Shown: one piece after another, positions 25,005-36,065 of the stretch
Numbering within the stretch: position 1 is the stretch's first letter
How the letters are laid out: every line of letters starts with the position of its first letter
Assembly (NCBI RefSeq): GCF_006345805.1
Contig: NC_042998.1
Coordinates: 25,544,001 to 25,608,000, forward strand
Origin: Octopus sinensis
Taxonomy: Eukaryota
Reading direction: 5' to 3'
Length of the DNA stretch: 64,000 bases
Made by a program: the position numbers and the translations under genes
Notes under the pieces: model-generated
The model's input: the letters and a program-made list of their open reading frames with translations, nothing else
The model's database searches: none
Told to the model about the DNA's origin: nothing

Positions 25005-25351
25005 AGCAGAAGTAGTGGGGGAGCATCATAGCCATGTGTTGAAAAGAATTCTTAGAGGTTTGGATAATTCACCTTGGGAAACATGGGTAGTTCATTCAAC
25101 ATCCTTAAACAATCCATATTCAGGGACCTTTTGAGCAGGATGAGATACTCGACCAGAAGAAAAATCTAACTGGGCCCCACCTGCAAGGTCATGCACTGTT
25201 TATCTTGATATGATATCACCATGTCGCACACATATTGTTGTGATGCACGTGCCTAGTGTACCCTTATCAGACGGGTAGTCATGATGGGTATACTGGGCTT
25301 CGTATATTTTACCTCAGTGTCACTTTGATGGCATGCACTGCTCTCTCACTC
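25005..25351 (+). mobile_element. Family I 3' part ending CTCTCACTC(AAT)n
   Basis: Homology to 19540-19956; TAA on both sides. Confidence 0.7.
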
Positions 25352-25392
25352 AATAATAATAATAATAATAATTATTATTATTATGATAATAA

Positions 25393-25504
25393 CAGATGAC
25401 AATGTTTCACTAAAAGAAATGGAGAAACTTTCAAAATACAAAGGTCTGGAAATAGAGATAACTCAATTGTGAAGCCTAAAAGCAGAAACAATTTCTTTCA
25501 TAGT
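25393..25504 (+). mobile_element. Short degenerate Dong-A fragment after (TAA)n
   Basis: DDNVSLKEMEKLSKYKGLEIE. Confidence 0.75.
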
Positions 25505-25649
25505 GATGCTGATTATGAATGCTAATACTATGGCTGAGGGAAAATATATCTCAGAGTAGTATTCAACATACTATATACAAACATGGTATGTTCTCACATA
25601 TTAAATCTACTGATTATGAAAAGCATGAGTGGTGGGAAGCAAGAGACTT

Positions 25650-26062
25650 AGTTGGATGCTAGAATTACCGGTGCTGGCACGGTAATGCACCAGTTTTGGT
25701 ATTCAATCCTTAGAAGAGAAGAAATTAGTAAAAAAAGTCTAAACTTGCTACCTTTAATTCAATTTCCATGCCTTTCTCACCTATGATTATGAAGAGTATA
25801 ATTGCAAATATATGCAGCTGAAATGAGGCTCCTCTGAAGGATCTTTGGATTGATGTTGCTTCACAGAGCACATGGCTGAGAGATCAGGCAAGTCTCTCCA
25901 GATCAAGCTGCAACATCTCTGCATTAAGAGATCACTGGTACTACAGACGTTTGATTAGAATTGCCAGATGGATTCTTCAAACTGATCCATCCAGAAGGAG
26001 ACCGAGAATAGACCAAGAATGAGGTAGCTAGATAGTATTCATAGTCGATCATGCCTGTGAAT
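25650..26062 (+). pseudogene. Decayed RTE-clade (Rex3/Expander-like) LINE C-terminal fragment
   Basis: Stop-ridden translation ARITGAGTVMHQFWYSILRREEISKKSKL...IYAAEMRLL resembles the RTE post-RT region (RRIGAASAVM..KKELSRKAKL..IQAAEMSFL). Confidence 0.6.
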
Positions 26063-26154
26063 TCAGCAGGTAAGTGTAATATGTAAAAAATGGTATAATT
26101 ATATACAGGGCAAATTTTAGCCATTTCTCCACAGACTGAAAATGACGAACAACC

Positions 26155-26291
26155 TTACATTTGATGGATATTTGTCCTTATCTTCTTTGTTGTTAACACA
26201 AGGTTTCAGCTGATATACCTTCCAGCCTTCATCAGGTGTCTTGGGGAAATTTTGAACCTGGGTTCTCAATCCTTAGGTATTTTTCGATGTT
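26155..26291 (-). mobile_element. Hammerhead-bearing tail, left arm of an inverted dimer
   Basis: Reverse-complement homology to 28596-28735. Confidence 0.8.
26195..26240 (-). ncRNA. Minimal type I hammerhead ribozyme motif (decayed stem III)
   Basis: GACAC-CTGATGA-A-GGCTG-(10 nt)-CAGCT-GAAA-CCTT-GTGTT; stem I GACAC/GTGTT. Confidence 0.65.
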
Positions 26292-26345
26292 ATTATTGTT
26301 GTTGTTGTTGTTGTTTTGTTATTGTCATTGTTGTTGTTGTTATTA

Positions 26346-26386
<41 letters not shown>

Positions 26387-26389
<3 letters not shown>

Positions 26390-28411
26390 TAGTCTTATTT
26401 TTATAGCGTGCTTTCACTTCACTACCGAGCACAGCTCTGTGTGCCTTGGGTATGTGCTGTGATTTGTTGTGATGCTCTGATGGTTATTGTATGGAAAGTG
26501 TTCTGCGTAGGATGTGTGCAGTGCCTGGTAGTGCAATTTTCTGTATGTTATATGTGTTTGTAAGTCCTGGTGTTTTTGTTATGTATTTGTCTGAATATTT
26601 TTTTATCATGCCTAATGCACCTACTATGATAGGAATTGTTCTGTTTTCAGATTCCACATTCTAGTTACCTCTATTCCAGGTCTTTGTATTTTGAGAGTTT
26701 CTCCATTTCTTTTAGAGACACGTTGTCATCAGCCGGTATTGATACATCAATTAGAAAGCATTTTTTTTCTTCATGATCTCTGACAACTATATCTGGTCTG
26801 TTGGCCTTAATTTCTCTATCTGTGTGTATCGGCATATCCCAGAGTATGGTTGCTTTCTCGTTTTCTGTGACCATTTCTGGTGTGTGCCTATGCCATCTTT
26901 TTTCTGTTGTTATTCCATAATGTTGGCATAGCTTCCAATGTATGTAGGTTCCAACTCTGTCATGTCTGTGAATATATTCCTTCTTAGCCAAGACTGGGCA
27001 GCTAGAGATAATATGATTTATTGTTTCTTGTCCATCTCCACATATTCTGCAGTTACTTGTAATATTTCTTTTCATTACATGTTTTTGGTAATTTCTGGTG
27101 GGGAGGCTTTGGTCTTGTGCTGCAATAAAATCCCAATCCCTCTGTTTCTGCTTTGAGTCCTGAGCTTCTCACCATTGCTGGGATTTTTCTTTGTCTATTT
27201 CTTTTGCGTTTAGTTTAGTCCAGTATTTACCATGAAGGGGCTTTTCTTGCCATCGTTTTATCATGGTTCGTTGCTGTTCTATTTTTAGTTTGGATTTCAT
27301 TTGTTTTATAGCTTTTGTTGTTTCTTCATCTTCTTCTTCTTCATGTTTATTAGGTGGTATGATTTCTTGTTTGTATTTGTCAGCTTCCTTAAATACTGAG
27401 AATAGTTTTTTGTTTTGCTCGTGTTTTGCTGCTATCTGGATCAGTTTTCCTTCCTTCTGAAGTAGATATTTTTGCAGTCCTATGGTGGTTATTTTATAGT
27501 AGTTTTCCAGCTGTATAAGGCCTCTACCACCTATACGTTGTATATATAGTCTTTCTTGGGTGATGCATCCTAGATCCTGTCATTATTTTTCTTGTTTTCC
27601 TATCTATTTTGGTCAGTTCATTTCGTGTCCAGTTAAGGATATTCTAGCTGTAACTTATAACTGGGACAGCTAAAGTGTTGATACCTATTATCTTGTTTTT
27701 AGCATTGAGCTCTGTGTTTAGTATTGATCTAACTCGTCTATAATATTCTTTTTTTATTTTCTCTTTCATTTGTGTGTGTTGTGTCTTATCTAGTTCATGG
27801 ATTCCTAAGTATTTGTAAGTTTGGCTTTGGTCTAATTCTTTTATTTCATTGTTTTATCTAGTGTGATGTTGTTACTCTTAACTAGTTTTCCTCTTTTCAT
27901 GGTTACTTTGGCGCATTTTTCTAATCCAAATTTCATATCTATTTCTTTGGTAAATCCATGAACTGTCTTTAATAGTGTTTCCAGCTGTTTGTCATTTGCA
28001 GCGTATAGTTTTAGGTCATCCATATATAAAAGGTGGCTGATCGTTTTGCCGTAACATTTATATCCGCATCCAGTTCTATTTAGCATATAGATAGAGGTGA
28101 CAGTGCCAAGCAGAAAAGGAGTGGAGAGAGCGTGTCTCCCTGGAATATTCCTCTTCTAATGGGGATGTCTTTGGTTTTCATGAGTCCCTCTTTTGTTTGG
28201 AGGTGTAGGACTGTTTGCCATTTATTCATAGAGTGCTCTATGAATTTTATGATTGTTGGTGCTACTTTGTTAATGGCTAGTGTTTCGAGGATCCATGCGT
28301 GGGGGATGCTATCAAACGCCTTTTTGTAGTCAATCCAGGCCATACTGAGGCCTTTCTTCTTTCTGTGGCTGTCTTCAGTTATGGCTTTATTAATCATTAG
28401 TTGATCTTTAC
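26387..28411 (-). mobile_element. 5'-truncated R4/Dong-clade LINE (subfamily A): RT, CCHC and RLE domains, few frameshifts
   Basis: WIDYKKAFDSIPH, GIFQGDTLSPLLF, HLLYMDDLKLY, CRICG..ETINHIISSC, RPDIVV..IDVSIP; (TAA)n on both flanks. Confidence 0.93.
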
Positions 28412-28426
28412 TTATTATTATTATTA

Positions 28427-28466
<40 letters not shown>

Positions 28467-28469
<3 letters not shown>

Positions 28470-28558
28470 ATCACTACCTGGAATCAAACTCGGAATCTTG
28501 GGGTTAGTAGCCCGTGCTCTTAAACACTACACCATATGTCTGTGAGCATATGGCATAG
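28467..28558 (-). mobile_element. tRNA-derived head followed by (TAA)n; contains the dyad centre of the inverted dimer
   Basis: Minus strand TGGTGTAGTGT A-box-like, CGGG-CTACTAA-CCCC anticodon-like arm, GTTTGATTCC B-box-like; CTACACCATATG(28527-28538) mirrors CATATGGCATAG(28547-28558). Confidence 0.7.
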
Positions 28559-28566
28559 TAGTAGTA

Positions 28567-28595
<29 letters not shown>

Positions 28596-28599
<4 letters not shown>

Positions 28600-28775
28600 T
28601 CGGAAAATACCTTAGGAATGAGAAGCCAAGTTTGAAATTTTCCCAAGACACCTAATGAAGGCTGGAGGGTATATCAGCCGAAACATTGTGTTAACAACAA
28701 ACAAGATGAGAAAAAATATCCGTCAAATGTAAATAATGTACATAATTCCTCATCTCTTAAATATAGAACTGTATG
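28596..28775 (+). mobile_element. Hammerhead-bearing tail, right arm of an inverted dimer
   Basis: Follows (TAG)n(TAA)n; homologous to the left arm. Confidence 0.8.
28647..28692 (+). ncRNA. Minimal type I hammerhead ribozyme motif (decayed core)
   Basis: GACAC-CTAATGA-A-GGCTG-(10 nt)-CAGCC-GAAA-CATT-GTGTT. Confidence 0.6.
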
Positions 28776-29609
28776 TAAAGCCATTCTTTCACTTTGGAAA
28801 TTTTCCCTATTTTCTTTATTATTATTTTTTTGCCAAACAATCCTTTTCTTTATTATTATTTTTTTGCCAAACAATCCTTCTGCCTTAAATTTGCTATGCA
28901 TCCTTTTCATGTGAAAAGATTATTTTATTGAGCAGTGACCACTGACAGGTTAATAAAAAGGATTATCCCACAACCAGACTACCTTTCATTTTACACAGCT
29001 CAAATGAAGTACTTTTATTCATAACCCCCACCTCCACACTAAGCCACTGCAGTCAAAACAGGAAATACTGGAAAACATTTTAAATAACATACATCAGAGA
29101 CACCAGTGTGACAGATATTAAAATAGATAAGTATTACAGTGTCAGTATTATATATCAAACCGAACCTATGCCCACCTCATCGCCAAAGGGCATGAGACAA
29201 GATTAAAGGTAAGACCACCCCCAACCTTACAACTTTATGCAAATATAATAATTTATTTTACATTGAGTTTAATTCTATATTCCGCATAAATTAGCCTGCC
29301 AATGGTAAATCCATCTTGGTTGAAATCTTGGTTACACCCATGTTATAATCCTCTCAATTCAGTCAAAATGAAAAAGGAATTTCATTGGAGGAAATGGAAG
29401 AAACATGAGTGGAATGGGGAAATATTGGGTTGGTAGATAAATTCGTTCATTTCTTTCCAATTATTTCCTTAATTAACATGAGGTATATTTTTATTCTAAA
29501 GGTCTTATGGAGTTTCTGTTATTAGCTCTACTCTTACTCTACAACTTCTGTGCATCATTTTTGAAATTTCAATAAATTTTCCCTCTTTTCAGACATATAA
29601 CGATGGAGT

Positions 29610-30330
29610 TGTTAAGTAGAAAAAAGAAAAATGAGCAGTTTCAACACCTGCAACTTTTCACTTTCAATCAAGGTTCTAAAACTGCTGCCAAAACACACCT
29701 GTGACATTTGTGATGTATATGGAGAAGATACCATCACTCACCATAAGAACTGCACGAAAATAGTTTTCATGCTTCAAAAAGAGAAAACTTGATATCACAA
29801 GCTCTCTGCATTTTGGCCAACCTATTCGATTCAATGAGGAGTGATTGAACAAGCTTATCTATAAGGATCTGTGCCAATCAATGAAGGATTTGGCCCAGAA
29901 GATGGAATGCTCTAGTGATACCTATGTTTTTATTACCCACAAGGGGCTAAACATAGAGGGGACAAACAAGGACATACATAGGCATTAAGTCGATTACATC
30001 AACCCCAGTGCGTAACTGGTACTTAATTTATCGACCCCCGAAAGGATGAAAGGCAAAGTTGGCCTCGGCGGAATTTGAACTCACAATGTAATGGCAGACG
30101 AAATACCACTAAGCATTTCGCCCGGCGTGCTAATGTGTCTGCCAGCTCGCCGCCTGATACCGTTGCCTATCACCTTTGCTCAATGAATAAGGTCCAAAAT
30201 CTCAGTGCATGGGTGCTACAAGCTCTGAATGAAAGACTCAAACTCTATTGCTCATCTATCATAACCAGCTCATCTCACAAAATCATGGGCAAAAACAGAG
30301 ATTTCTTTATTGTATCATCACAAAAGAAAC
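29610..30330 (+). pseudogene. Decayed mariner transposase N-terminal half, split by SINE-B
   Basis: ICDVYGEDTI..RTARK*FSCFK..FNEE*LNKLIYKD..DLAQKMECS continues after the SINE as DTVAYHLCSMNKVQNLSAWVLQALNE (WVPHEL-like motif). Confidence 0.7.
29923..30154 (-). mobile_element. Full-length SINE-B with TSD TGATACC
   Basis: TGATACC at 29916-29922 and 30155-30161. Confidence 0.85.
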
Positions 30331-30354
30331 CAGAATTTTGCAATATGATTCTAT

Positions 30355-30552
30355 TCATTTATTTCATTTTGGGATTTGGTTTGCAAGATTCCTTATGTGA
30401 GTTCATGTGTTGAAGCATATTCTGTTGTGTCTGGGGAGAGTCATTCTCTTTTAGTGCCTTATAATTCACTGGTTCAATTTCCACTTATTTACCTATTTAT
30501 TTTTCCAAAATTTTCGTTGCGTCTTGCAACCTTTTCAATAGTTGTTGACTCT
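30355..30552 (+). repeat. Family G copy
   Basis: GGATTTGGTTTGCAAGATTC...GTGTCTGGGGAGAGTCATT...CGTTGCGTCTTGCAACCTTTTCAATAG. Confidence 0.75.
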
Positions 30553-30554
30553 TA

Positions 30555-31430
30555 TTCACTTAGTTTTATATGTTTAAACTTTTATCACCTTCAAAGTATT
30601 CTTCATTCAAAGCAAAGAACTGGTCTAGATATGGTTTCTACAGTTCAAAGCAGTGCTAGAATTTCTGCAAAGTGACGTCTTTTAATGCTTCCATCATTTT
30701 TTCCTTCACTGCTTCGACATCTGCAAATTCCATAGGACCAGCTTTTGTCACCAGTGATGACCTTTGAAAAAAAAAAATGGTCTGAATCAACTTCCAGCTG
30801 TTCTTTCACTTAACAACATGCATTCAGCCATAACAGCTTTTGATCTTCCATGAACAAGTGAGGCGCAAATTTTACTCCAACTCTTTTCATTTTCAGTTCC
30901 TCGCTCGAAATTCGTTGGTAGGAGCTCCAAAACACATGAGTGATATCAACAAGTTTGCCAATGGTTTGGTGACAGTCCTCCAAGATCAGTTCATGAATTT
31001 CCATGTTTTCATTCGTTCGGGTGGCAGAGGGGTCAACAGTTGCTCTGAATGAAGATGGTCTTCAAGATGTACTTAGAATCATTCCTAAAGCATGCAAACC
31101 ATTTGTAAATTTGTGTTTTGTTCATAGCAGTAGCTTTGTAAGCTTTTTGATGCATGACAACTGTTTTGGTCACTGTTTTCCCCAGCAGAAATCAGGATTT
31201 CGCAGAAGCAAGCTGTTCCTTCATTTCATCCATCACAAAAATCAATGAACAGGGGAGAAGCACTGCAAAACAAATATGCACCGTATGGCAGCATAACTAC
31301 ACCTGCCACCACCAGTCAGCAGACAGATGCCTGAGGGTTGCATCAAGTGGTTTCTAGCAGCAGGATCCTGAACTACAACAGGCTTGTCCCATAGAGAACG
31401 TTTCCAGTTGCTTTTGGGTACCTCTTTGTA
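30555..31430 (-). pseudogene. Internally deleted mariner element
   Basis: ELILED..TIGKLVDIT...SEELKMKRVGVKFAPHLFMEDQK, KVITGDKSW joined directly to C-terminal ..EYFEGDK; TA|CAAAGAGGTACCCAAAAG end near 31430. Confidence 0.7.
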
Positions 31431-31441
31431 TATATAACACA

Positions 31442-31504
<63 letters not shown>

Positions 31505-31507
<3 letters not shown>

Positions 31508-31766
31508 GCATAGTAGTTAGGCTGTTACATTCATGATCACTAGATTGTGGATTCAATTCCCAGACCGGATGATGCATTATTTCCTTGAGCAAAGCACTTT
31601 ATTTTATATTGCTCCAGACCCCTTTTGATCAATGGAGACTGTTGGCCTACACACCTAGCGAGCATGGTGGTGTCATTCAAAGGGTAAAAATGATGCAAAG
31701 TGCATTGTGACCAGCGATATGAAACAATATCTGATAGTCTGGTCAGTCACATGATCACATGATATA
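31505..31766 (+). mobile_element. SINE-D group (CORE-like body, tail T3)
   Basis: CCTTGAGCAAAGCACTTTATTT body; tail shared with 33224-33535. Confidence 0.6.
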
Positions 31767-31986
31767 TAGTTTACAGTTCTGTTAAAGTAAGATCAACAAA
31801 AAAGGTACTTCACCCAATGAGAGACAAATATCATTTAATGTACCCAGTATTTGTAATAAGAGCTAGTAATAGTTTCTTGCTATGGAGACACAAGACACGT
31901 TATATAAATCTGCCTAATCACAGTGTTTTATGGCAAGAAACTATTGATAGGCTTTATTTCAAATGCTGTGTGCATTAAATATATGT

Positions 31987-32366
31987 GTGGAGGCGCAATG
32001 GCTCAGTGGTTAGGGCAGCGGACTCGCGGTCATAGGATCACGGTTTCGATTCCCAGACCGGGCATTGTGAGTGTTTATTGAGCGAAAACACCTAAAGCTC
32101 CACGAGGCTCCGGCAGGGGATGGTGGTGATCCCTGCTGTACTCTTTCACCACAACTCTCTCTCACTGTTACTTCCTGTTTCTGTTGTACCTGTATTTCAA
32201 GGGGCCGGCCTTGTCACTCTCTGTGTCACGCTGAATATCCCCGAGAACTACGTTAAGGGTGCACGTGTCTGTGGAGTGCTCAGCCACTTACACATTAATT
32301 TCACGAGCAGGCTGTTCCGTTGATTCAGATCAACCGGAACTCTCATCGTCGTAACCGACGGAGTGT
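31987..32366 (+). mobile_element. SINE-D group (D body, tail T2)
   Basis: TGGCTCAGTGGTTAG A-box; GGTTTCGATTCC B-box. Confidence 0.8.
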
Positions 32367-32711
32367 TTCCATCCCCCCAAATATATGTATGAATGTATGT
32401 ATCCGTAGCCATATGGTTAAGGTGTCTGCCAATCCAATTAAATATTCTATGCATTTGAAGGTAAAGTGTGTTACTTAATATTTCAAAGTTTGCTGACAAT
32501 CTACAAGCTGCTTCGTCTGAAAGATAGTATTGCTGCATCCAGAATTACCAGTGTATAAAATGTGATGCATTGCATTCTATACTTCATTGATTCTAGGTAC
32601 AGCCATGCAGTCTTCAGTATGAAACGTAATGCAAGTTGTAAATAAATTAAGAATTATACATATATACTCACATATATACACATACAACTACATACATATC
32701 TAAATATACAA

Positions 32712-32757
<46 letters not shown>

Positions 32758-32761
<4 letters not shown>

Positions 32762-33091
32762 AGGGTAAAGACCCCCTTCGGTCATGAATGACCATGGGAT
32801 TGCACCTAGAAAGTTACCCTCCTAGACACAAGTCCGGGCAAGGTTGTTTTATGGAAGACCAGCAGTTGCTCATGCATACCGCCCTCCCCTCTCCACGCCA
32901 CCAGTGTTATCCAAGGGAAAGGCAAAGGGGCCGATACAGCTTGGCACCTCTGACGTCGCAACTCATTTCTACAGCTGAGTGAACTGGAGCAACGTGAAAT
33001 AAAGTGCTTTGCTCAAAAACACAACACGCAGCCCGGTCCGGGATTCGAGCTCACAACCTCACGATCGTAAGCTCGACGCTCTAACCACTGA

Positions 33092-33097
<6 letters not shown>
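32758..33097 (-). mobile_element. SINE-D group (CORE-like body, tail T4 ending GGGGTCTTTACCCTTT)
   Basis: tRNA-like head TGGCTCAGTGGTTAG...GCTCGAATCCC; TTTTTGAGCAAAGCACTTTATTTCACGTTGCTCCAG body. Confidence 0.75.
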
Positions 33098-33182
<85 letters not shown>

Positions 33183-33223
33183 TATATACATATATAATAT
33201 ATATAAAATATGTGTGTGTGTGT

Positions 33224-33535
33224 GTGGAGGCGCAATGGCCCAGTGGTTAGGGCAGCGGACTCGCGGTTGTAGGATCATGGTTTCGATTCCCAAACCGGGC
33301 GTTGTGAGTGTTTATTGAGCAAAATCACCTAAAGCTCCACAAGGCTCCAGCAGGGGGTGGTGGCGATCCCTGCTGTACTCTTTCGCCACAACTTTCTCTC
33401 ACTCTTTCTTCTGTTGGCCTGCTCGTTTAGCCAGAGAGGTGGCATAATTTGAAGGCTAAAACAGTGTGAAGCGCATTGTGACCAGCGATGTGGAGCAACA
33501 TCAGATAGCCTGGTCAGGCACTTGATCACATGATA
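33224..33535 (+). mobile_element. SINE-D group (D body, tail T3)
   Basis: Head and body near-identical to 31987; different tail. Confidence 0.8.
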
Positions 33536-33558
33536 TACATATATATTAAATAATATAT

Positions 33559-33587
<29 letters not shown>

Positions 33588-33589
<2 letters not shown>

Positions 33590-33677
33590 CTTCGCAAATG
33601 TGTAAATAGTAATTATTATGCTCTTATTTTAGTGACAACAGAATCCTGTTAGTTATCTTCTGTTTTACAATAGCTTT
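33588..33677 (+). repeat. 90-bp direct copy of 34465-34555 embedded in (TA)n
   Basis: Three differences between the copies. Confidence 0.9.
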
Positions 33678-33735
33678 ATATATATATACACATATATATA
33701 TACACATATATATATATACACATATACATATATAT

Positions 33736-33809
<74 letters not shown>

Positions 33810-33848
33810 TATATATACACATATATATGTATATACACATATATATAT

Positions 33849-33895
<47 letters not shown>

Positions 33896-34719
33896 TATAT
33901 ACACACATATATATATATATATACACATATATACATGCACACACATACACACACATACACACAAACGTGTATATATATATATATACATAATTAAAGCTGA
34001 TAGGAATTGTCTTTCTAGTTCCATTACTCAATTTCTATTCTACCATTTAATTATCTTGTGTTTCTGAACTTCATTTAAAAAAAAAAATACTTCTCGTTTT
34101 CTCTCTCTCTCTCTCTGGTTTTTTTTTTTGATATTTCTTGCAATAACACATTCTTTTTTTTTCGACTGTGTCGTTAAAAATATAGAATTTTAATCTGTTA
34201 TCTGCAATTCTTCACAGGTTCAACATTAATAAAGACTATTTTGATGTTATTGATGGCAAAGCTATTAAGCTTGCTGTAAACCAGTATCTGTTGTCATTTA
34301 TCAATCCGACTCAACAGAGCTGAGTGCTTTTAATTACTGATATCGTCAGAATAAAATTTCTTTCTTCACCTGATATGTTTTCTCTTCGTGCTGTTATTAA
34401 CATTTCAGTGAGTGCTTCAATGAAAGCCTTTTCATGTAATTTCTTTAAACATAATCAAGATTTAATCTTCGCAAATGTGTAAATAGTCATTATTATGCTT
34501 TTATTTTAGTGACAACAGAATCCCTGTTAGTTATCTTCTGTTTTACAATAGCTTTCGATAATAACCTTACTGAGATGGCATTAGGCCTCTTGGTAATTGG
34601 TACTCTTGTTGCACTAAATAACAGCACTGCTGTAGCATGTACAAGAAAAAAATGATAAATATATATTTTTTTAAATGAGTTCATTTTTGTATGTGTGGAA
34701 GCACTCAATGCTGCCAAAC

Positions 34720-34962
34720 ATTCTCATCATCATCATCACCATCATCATCGTCATCATTTGACATTTGTTTTCCATGCAAAAATGGCTTGGACAGTTTAAT
34801 AGGAGCTGGCGAGTTGGAGAGCTGTACCAGGCTACAATTGTCTGTTTTAGCATGGTTTCTACAACTGGATGCCCTTCCTAAAGCAAACCACTTTACAGAG
34901 CATACTGGATTCTTTGCATGTGGCACCAACACTGGTGCTTTATATATGACACCAGCACCAGT
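34720..34962 (-). mobile_element. SINE-C
   Basis: (CAT)n start; GGATGCCCTTCCTAAAGCAAACC. Confidence 0.7.
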
Positions 34963-36027
34963 GGGGCCACCAAGTCGCTTGCGCGACAATGACCTCTCAG
35001 TTAGGAGAGAGAGTAGAACCATAGGAAGCGACTTTGGGCCAAGTGTAAGAGAGGTTAAGGGAAGAAATGGGTGTCTTGCTATAAAGGAGATACTTGGTTA
35101 CCCAAGTAGGAAAAGAGAGGAGAGGAAGAAGAGATAGAGTTAGAGAGAGGGAGGGTTAAAATGAGAGAGAAAGAAATAGATGATGCTGGAGATGCATCAG
35201 GACCTAAAATTTTGCTTCTTTAACATATGTTTTTTACATTTTTTTTTTTACCATAACAGCTTTAGAGTCAACACTATTGAAAAAGTTGCAAGACACAACG
35301 AAAATTTTAAGAAAATTAAAAATGCATCACTGAGTTTTGTCAGTGAACAGGTTGCGGTCTCAAAGTGACGAAAATATTTTGACAAATTAAATTTAAATGT
35401 TGAAGTGAATCTAACGGTTTTTGTGTGTTTCTTAAATGGCTTATAAACACCTTCCACGCAGCAATTGTTTTCCTTCCAGCACACGATCTCAGATCAGGTC
35501 ACTTGCTATGCAAGTACATCTCTGTAATAAAAATAAGAAATAAGTGGAAATTTTACCAGTGAGTGTGTTAAATTATAAGGCACAAAAAGAAAATGACTCT
35601 CCCTAGACACAACAGAATAGATTTAACAATTTAATTTTTGACCATTGCTTTGAATTTTCATGATCATAGTCTTTCCAGTAATAATCTTTTATCTAGTTTT
35701 CAATGCAGTGTCTGTCCACCTTCCCTTGTATATCTTGAACATTCTAGGATATACATAAATTCTAGATGTTATGTCAGGTTCATATATTTTTAGTGTCACA
35801 GTGAAATTAGACGCTGTGTGACTGAGTGCACTTGAGTAAAAAAATGATAAATAATTTCTGTTAATAAAAATGGAGAAGTCTTATTAATTATAAATGCAAC
35901 AAAAACAAGAAACATGATAAGGTTTAGTATTAACAGTTTTCTTTATAGACAGGGTGTGTCAGTTTTTTTGAGAGTACCTCTTTCAAGGGCTCCAGCTTTC
36001 TTCTAACTTATTTTCTTTCACCTTACT

Positions 36028-36029
<2 letters not shown>

Positions 36030-36065
<36 letters not shown>

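Noticed and set aside
31987-32060. tRNA-like sequences at SINE heads (also 28467-28550 and 33224)
   Set aside because: A and B boxes are present, but acceptor and T stems do not pair and they run straight into repeat bodies, so they are not tRNA genes.
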